From assembly GCA_964016885.1 (NCBI GenBank), contig OZ024741.1, positions 165,602,001 through 165,666,000 on the forward strand: a stretch of DNA of 64,000 bases. The letters run 5' to 3'. A program made the translations under genes and the position numbers. Below are positions 57,521-64,000 of the stretch, one piece after another. The DNA is from Eledone cirrhosa (lineage: Eukaryota). Numbering within the stretch: position 1 is the stretch's first letter; every line of letters starts with the position of its first letter. The notes beneath the pieces are model-generated. The model was given only the letters and a program-made list of their open reading frames with translations, did not search any database and was not told the DNA's origin.

Positions 57521-60076
57521 GTAAAAATCAAATAGCGAGCGTATGTTTTTTATTGGCAATACTGGTAACATTACCATCCCCAAATATAACAATTATTATT
57601 ATTATTTATATTATTAAGAATTGTTGATTGGCAGAATTGTTAGAGCACTGGAGAAAATACTCCATGCAATTTGTTTCAGCTCTTTATTTAAAGAATTTGT
57701 ATCCTATCAAGGTCAATTTTGCCTTCAATCCTTCACAGAGAATTAAATAATATGCCAGTCAAGTACTGGGGTCAAATTAATTTACTTTCACCTCTCTCCT
57801 AAATTTCTGGCCTTATGCCTAAATTAGAAACAATTATCATTACTGCTGTTTTGGTCAGAATAGTAAGATCAAATTGAAAATAATGAATGAAATTTGTATT
57901 TAATGAAATGATATTCACAATTATAGTTTTCACCATAAAGAAGAAAAACCAAGAAAAAATATTTGAGCACATTAACAAAAAGATTTAATTTCAACAAATT
58001 TGTAATTAATGATCACAAATAACTGCAGCAGACAATAAAAATAAATCAATTTAAATTTGGATGGTTTAACAAAGAAACAATGTTTTTGTTTCTTTATCCG
58101 TAAAAAACAACAAAAGATGGATTAAGGTAGTGTCTTGTGGCCTAGTGGTTAGAGTTTGGGATTCACAAAGTTGTGGGTTTGATTCCTGAACTCGTCAACA
58201 TATGTTCCCCAGTAAAATAATTCATTTCACATTGCTCTATTTGCTAGAGGTATTTTGACTGGTAAATAGTATCAGCAATGGAAATATATCAGTGGAAATA
58301 TTGTTTCTTAGATCCAATTTTTCCCTTCCTTTATTGATACACCATGAAGAACAGATTGGATAATATTCTCTGATGCCACTGTTAGAAACAGAATGCAAAC
58401 ACTGACAGATATCATTTGAAGACAGTTCAAGTAAACAAACATGACCATGAGGCTTTAACTCTTTAACATTTACATTACTCTATATATACTATTGTATTTT
58501 CGTGGTAAAGGCTTTATCTCACATAATATCAAATCTAACGATTTTGATATTATTTATTTTGAGAACAATACCTTAATATTGGCATGAGTGACGGTTACGA
58601 CTGGTTTGCACAGAAAGAGATGAGAGAATTCTGGCTGGATACGGTCGGTTTAAATGTGAAAGGGTTAAGAATTCAAACTGCAATCACATTGTTTCAGGTA
58701 CAGTCCCACTACAAGGCACATTACACAAGTCTTTGCTACTTTAGCCTCACACTGATTAATGTTATGTGAGCGGAATTTGGTCAATAGATTTTATGGAAGC
58801 CCAACAAGTGTATCATCATCATCATCATCATCATCGTTTAACATCCATTTTCACGCTAGCATGGATTAGATGGGTTGGCCCATTAGAAGCAAGTTGGGTC
58901 AGGTGACCATGTCTTGTTCATATAGAAATGCTTCTGGCTTGGTTTCCACGGTTGGATGCCCTTCTAAAATATGTGTATAAACATGTGCATATGTTAGTAC
59001 ATGTGTGTGTATGTTAGTACATTTGCTGTTTGTTTATGGTCTGTACCTTAGCAGTTCGACAAATAGAGATCAATAATATAAATACAATCATAATAGTTTT
59101 TACATTGATTATTCAATGCTGGCATGGGTTATATGGTACTTTTTAAGGTCACGTATTATAGCCAGACACCCTTGCTGACACTAACCATTTTAGTTGCTTT
59201 TTATGATACATAGGGATACAGTGTACCTATTCTATACCAGATACTCAAGGACTTGTAAAATCTATTGGAGTTGATATAATCGACTCAATCCCTTTGAGTC
59301 ACAGCCGCAGCCTGGCCACAGAGTTAATTGACTGAAACCAATAAAAGAATAAAGAAATTAAAGGATAATTCTATAGGAGGATAAAAATTTGTTTGAAGTT
59401 CTTTTGAATTAAGAAATGTCAATTGCAGTGACATCTAAAATGTAATAACTCATTAAATGAATTTCAGAATGACAGCCATCAAATTAAAATCCAGCCTAAT
59501 TAAGAATGTAACCAATTATTTTGCTTCAAATTTGTGGCTCACATTTCTGTACTTTTTATATATTTGGCACAGTTTCGTTGTTGCTACACAGAATAAATAT
59601 ATCTGTTCAACTTACACATCTAAAACTAATATATTTGGGACAGTGCTGCTGTTGCTACTTTTCATAGTAAACTGAGTACTACATATATATCTGTATTTGT
59701 ATTGCTGCTACTACACAGGCGCATGGTTGTATTGCTGTTACTATTGTGAAAGCACATGCCTTTTCCTTGGACAACATTGGTGGCGTGGAGAGGGGAGGCT
59801 GGTATATATGACTAACTGCTGGTCTTCCACAAACAAACTTGCCTGGAGTTGTGCTCCAGAGAGGAAACTTTCTAGGTGCAAATCCCATGGTCATTCGTAC
59901 CGAAGGGGGTCTTTACCTTTACTCAGAGTAAACATTTTGGTGCAGCTTACATATATGTGACTGCGTTGGTGTTGTTGCTACTCAGAGTAAATATCTATGT
60001 GCTGCTTTGGCTTATATGTCAATAACTGACTTAATGGTAACATATCTGTAACTGTAAAGTTGCTACTACTCAGTGT

Positions 60077-60256
60077 CAGGGCCTCCAAGAGAAATTTTGC
60101 AAGGCAGTACAAGCAGTACAAGTCCCCTTTGGGGCCCAAAGCAGGCAAAGATTTTTCTTAAAATGGATGTTGCATGGTTGGTGTGGGGCCTTCTTAGCTC
60201 TTGGGCCCCGGAACAATGTATCGGCTGGAGTCCCCCTTCCCCTCTCATAGGCCCTG
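60077..60256. mobile_element. hAT-like MITE
   Basis: TIR CAGGGCCT/AGGCCCTG; 8-bp TSD CTCAGTGT/CTCAGAGT. Confidence 0.75.
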
Positions 60257-60833
60257 CTCAGAGTAGCTATTTGTGTACTGCTTACACATCTGTGGCTGTG
60301 TTAATGCTAACTTACATATCAGGGATTATATTTCTCACTGCTATATAGCCAAAAGACCATCCAGCTGATTGGCAAAATTCACTTACCAACACACTACAAT
60401 CACTATCCCACAGACTCAATACTCCCTTTCTAACCCCCTCCCCCCACCACTACCACCACGACCACCACCACCACCACTCATTAGCCACAGATCCTTCAAC
60501 TTTACTCTTTTGTTACAATATTCATAATGTAAGACATTGCTTCAAATTTTCAAATTATTTTCAAAATAATAAAACATTTGGAAAGATTTACTAATATAAC
60601 TAACTTTCTCATTATTAAAACACTGTTTCAAACACAACATAACAAATGTTCTTTTGAGTACATTGTTACCAAAATGTTTAAAACATAGGCAAATACCACA
60701 AACTGAACTGTAAACTAACCAGCTTCAATTAGTGTGAAGAAACTCTCAAGGGAGCTGGAGTTATAATATCAGTAAAGACAAACAGCTGTTGAATTAGGAC
60801 CAAAACTAATGTCCCCAAAAATGTGCCCTAGTG

Positions 60834-61155
60834 CAGCAGTCACCAACCTTTCAGACCTCACAAACCACTAAATTCATAATTTTAAATCCCGCGGATCACT
60901 AATATGAATCGATGGACAATGGTCAAAACAATACTGAAGTGTATGTGTGTCCTATTGTCGATAGATGATACATATGTGTAAAAGTATTTTATCGATGTTA
61001 GTGCTTTACTTAGGAAAAACATTTTTTAGGGGAGTTATAAAATATATTTTAACCAAATATTATTTGTTTTATTATTAATAAAACATAAAAGTTGCAAATA
61101 ATGTCCACATTTTTCTAACAAAATTTTCTCTCAGACCACCAGTTGAAAACTGCTG
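60834..61155. mobile_element. hAT (Charlie-like) MITE
   Basis: TIR CAGCAGTCACCAAC/GTTGAAAACTGCTG; perfect 8-bp TSD CCCTAGTG at 60826-60833 and 61156-61163. Confidence 0.85.
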
Positions 61156-62431
61156 CCCTAGTGTACTAAACAGAATCCTAAGACAATTCAGGTAAAATTC
61201 AACATGACTATTATAATACCAATGGTTGAGAGGATTCTTCAGTTATGTCAAAGACATAACAACCTCTCTGCCACCAATGCTATGAAAAAAACATACTCAG
61301 TTCAATCTGTAAAAGTAAAACAGGTAAAATCTGGATTAGCAAAACATGGGAAATAAAGACTTGAATAGCCTATAATCCAATATTAAGTCCCTCAAAAATA
61401 GTATAAAAAGCTTTTATGAAGCATTCATCCATATCATATTTTCTCATTGACAACTTGACAACAGACTATAAAATTCTGTTCAAGGCCATTTCTTTTAAAT
61501 CAATAAATAGAAAAGAGAACTGTTTGTATATTCACTAATTTGTTTGCAGTTATCTTAAATATATATAACATTAATAATGTCAGGTACCATACTGCTGAAG
61601 AAAGCACAATTATATCTGTCTAACACTTTTTTCTTCTACAGAAGATTAAATATGTATCTTTTGATATTTCATACATTAGGTCAGTATTTCAATAACTAAC
61701 TTAGTTTTTTTTTTCTTTTTTCCTATACTTGTCATAACTGACAATGATGTTGCTATGGCACTTATCAAAGATGATACATGACTGGAAGACAATATTATTA
61801 GTGAACTAGCAATTAGTATAATAAGAAACCACCCTGATACTTTCAACATCTACTTGCTAAATCAATGTGCAAGTAGCTCAGTATTCTACAGTCATGCATA
61901 CCCTAAACATCATTTTCAGGCTGAATCACTGCGACATGTGACATGCTTGGACCTTTAGATTACAAGTACAGTTTATTTGATAGGTTTTCACACAGCTTCT
62001 CTCTACCCAGTTTCACACAGGGTTCAATTTCACCTGAAGCAATGGTAAAAACAAACACTTGCCCAAGATGCCACACAGTGAAATCAAACCTGGAGCCTCA
62101 TGATTGTGAAGTCGACTACATAACCACTCAGCCATGTCTGCATCCTTCTTGTTTTACCATAACAAATATATGGTACAATTTTCTATTATTTTAACTTAGT
62201 AGTAGATATATTAGAGGCCATGTATAAAAATAAATATCGAGAAAAACCGGTTGGTGTAGTTCCCAGTTACTGTTAACAGACATGTCATTATATGAAACAA
62301 AGGAACAAAAGATGACAATACAGATGCAATATTATATGGAATTGTTTAAAATTATCAAATTAATGTTATTGTTTCTTCTAAATTTATTTTCTGATAACTG
62401 TTACAGCAATTAGAGACAAGGTATAGAGTGA

Positions 62432-62495
<64 letters not shown>

Positions 62496-62503
62496 ATATT
62501 ATA

Positions 62504-62597
<94 letters not shown>

Positions 62598-63241
62598 ATA
62601 TATTTATATATGCAAAAGTTTTATTTAAAATTGTTGGGTTACAACGAGTAAATATTTTATAACTGATATAAAGCACTCAACAAGTTTTGGAGTAGATATA
62701 CGATATTAAACAAATGGAAACTATATTTATAAAACCATATTTATTTCATTATACATATTTCAGGGATACCATATTAAAAATATGGCATGCCTTCTTCAGA
62801 TAAAATACAATATATAAGCAGTTTTATAAATAAATTTGACGTACCATAAAATATTGATCAACTTCCATTTAAAAAAGTTGGTTTGGTAGTCCATATATTT
62901 AATATTTAATACATTAACAGAGAAAGCTTTAAGCAATACTCCGACCGGCTTCCGTCTCACTCAACAAACATTAGGATATACCTTAGTATAATCCAAATTA
63001 TACGTATGGGGTGTTAACTATACGTATTTTGCAGATAACCAGTTGTATTATTTTATATGAGACATATTTAAAATACATCTCTCTTTCCAAACGATCGTTT
63101 CATTATAAGTTTTCTACAAATTGGGAAAATAATGTCCTGGTTATGTAGAAGCCTACACATAGTCCGTAGGAATATATGTAGGTGGGCACTTATAAATCAT
63201 CAGTGGATGTCCGACAAATATCGATATAAAAAAAACCTTAC

Positions 63242-63274
63242 CGATATTAATGTCCAGCGATGGTACCCCTCCAT
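63242..63274 (-). CDS. Candidate first coding exon or uORF of an unidentified host transcript (MEGYHRWTLIS)
   Basis: AAAATATGG start context and CG|GTAAG donor, in a CpG-enriched non-repeat region. No homology recognised. Confidence 0.25.
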
Positions 63275-63811
63275 ATTTTATTACATATATTTACCCAAAC
63301 TGCGATTCTGTGTTTTTCTCTCTCTCTCTCTTACTGTTCCCTCATTCTCTCTGTTTCTCCTACTTTCTTTCGCCCCCTCTGTCATGTCAGTTAGCTCTTC
63401 CTCACACTTTCACTCACTCACTGTTTCTCCTCTCTTCGCTTCATCCTGTACACGACGAAAGCTATATTTTTCTCTCTTCTCACATGGCCCTCGTTCGTGT
63501 CAGGTCTTTTATCTAAAGCGCTCATATATTCACCTATCATCATCATCATCATCAGCTTATGCTAAACAGAATAATTATGAAGCTTGTTTCATTCCCCTAC
63601 GGTTAGCTATACTCTTTGTTGTTCTCCTGTCTCACTCGCTTTACGCGTTTTAATTGTCCTAATAACTTATTTTAGTTATTATTGCACCGACGTGAGGTAT
63701 ATGATTTTTAATGCAATGAAATATCTATGATCGTCGGCAAATCACTGATGAGGGACTCATTTTATTACATGTTATCCATGCGCTACCTGCAGTATTTTTC
63801 TCCATATTTTA

Positions 63812-63812
63812 T

Positions 63813-63845
<33 letters not shown>

Positions 63846-63958
63846 TTATATATATATATATTTATATATATATATTTATATATATATATTTATATATATA
63901 TATTTATATATATATATTTATATATATATATTTATATATATATATTTATATATATATA

Positions 63959-64000
<42 letters not shown>
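63812..64000. repeat. (TA)n tract running off the window end
   Basis: TA with TTT interruptions. Confidence 0.95.

Noticed and set aside
63740-63790. CTGATGA at 63745 (also 14963, 16709, and minus-strand hits near 18565, 50640, 63197)
   Set aside because: No correctly placed GAAA/NUH half.

Overview
AT-rich eukaryotic DNA, most likely from an octopus or related cephalopod (inferred from the tRNA-derived CORE-type and Meta-type SINEs, the RTE LINEs and the very long (TA)n tracts). The window is almost entirely repeats and I recognise no host gene; there are only weak minus-strand exon candidates near 50.8 kb and 63.3 kb. It contains two intact ~1040-aa RTE-clade LINE ORFs arranged head-to-head, several truncated RTE copies, a 5'-truncated CR1-group LINE, a Gypsy LTR fragment, an R4/Dong-like fragment, a DD37D Tc1/mariner element, piggyBac-like and hAT-like MITEs, and many SINEs. 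Three hidden signals stand out. (1) A dispersed set of short non-coding elements, mostly in TA microsatellites and often folded back as inverted repeats, carries type I hammerhead-ribozyme-like cores (CUGAUGA..GAAA..NUH) and resembles Penelope pseudo-LTR remnants. (2) A C4HC3 PHD-type zinc finger is embedded inside the RTE reverse transcriptase. (3) UTR and tail modules are swapped between LINEs and SINEs. All pairings and alignments were done by eye.
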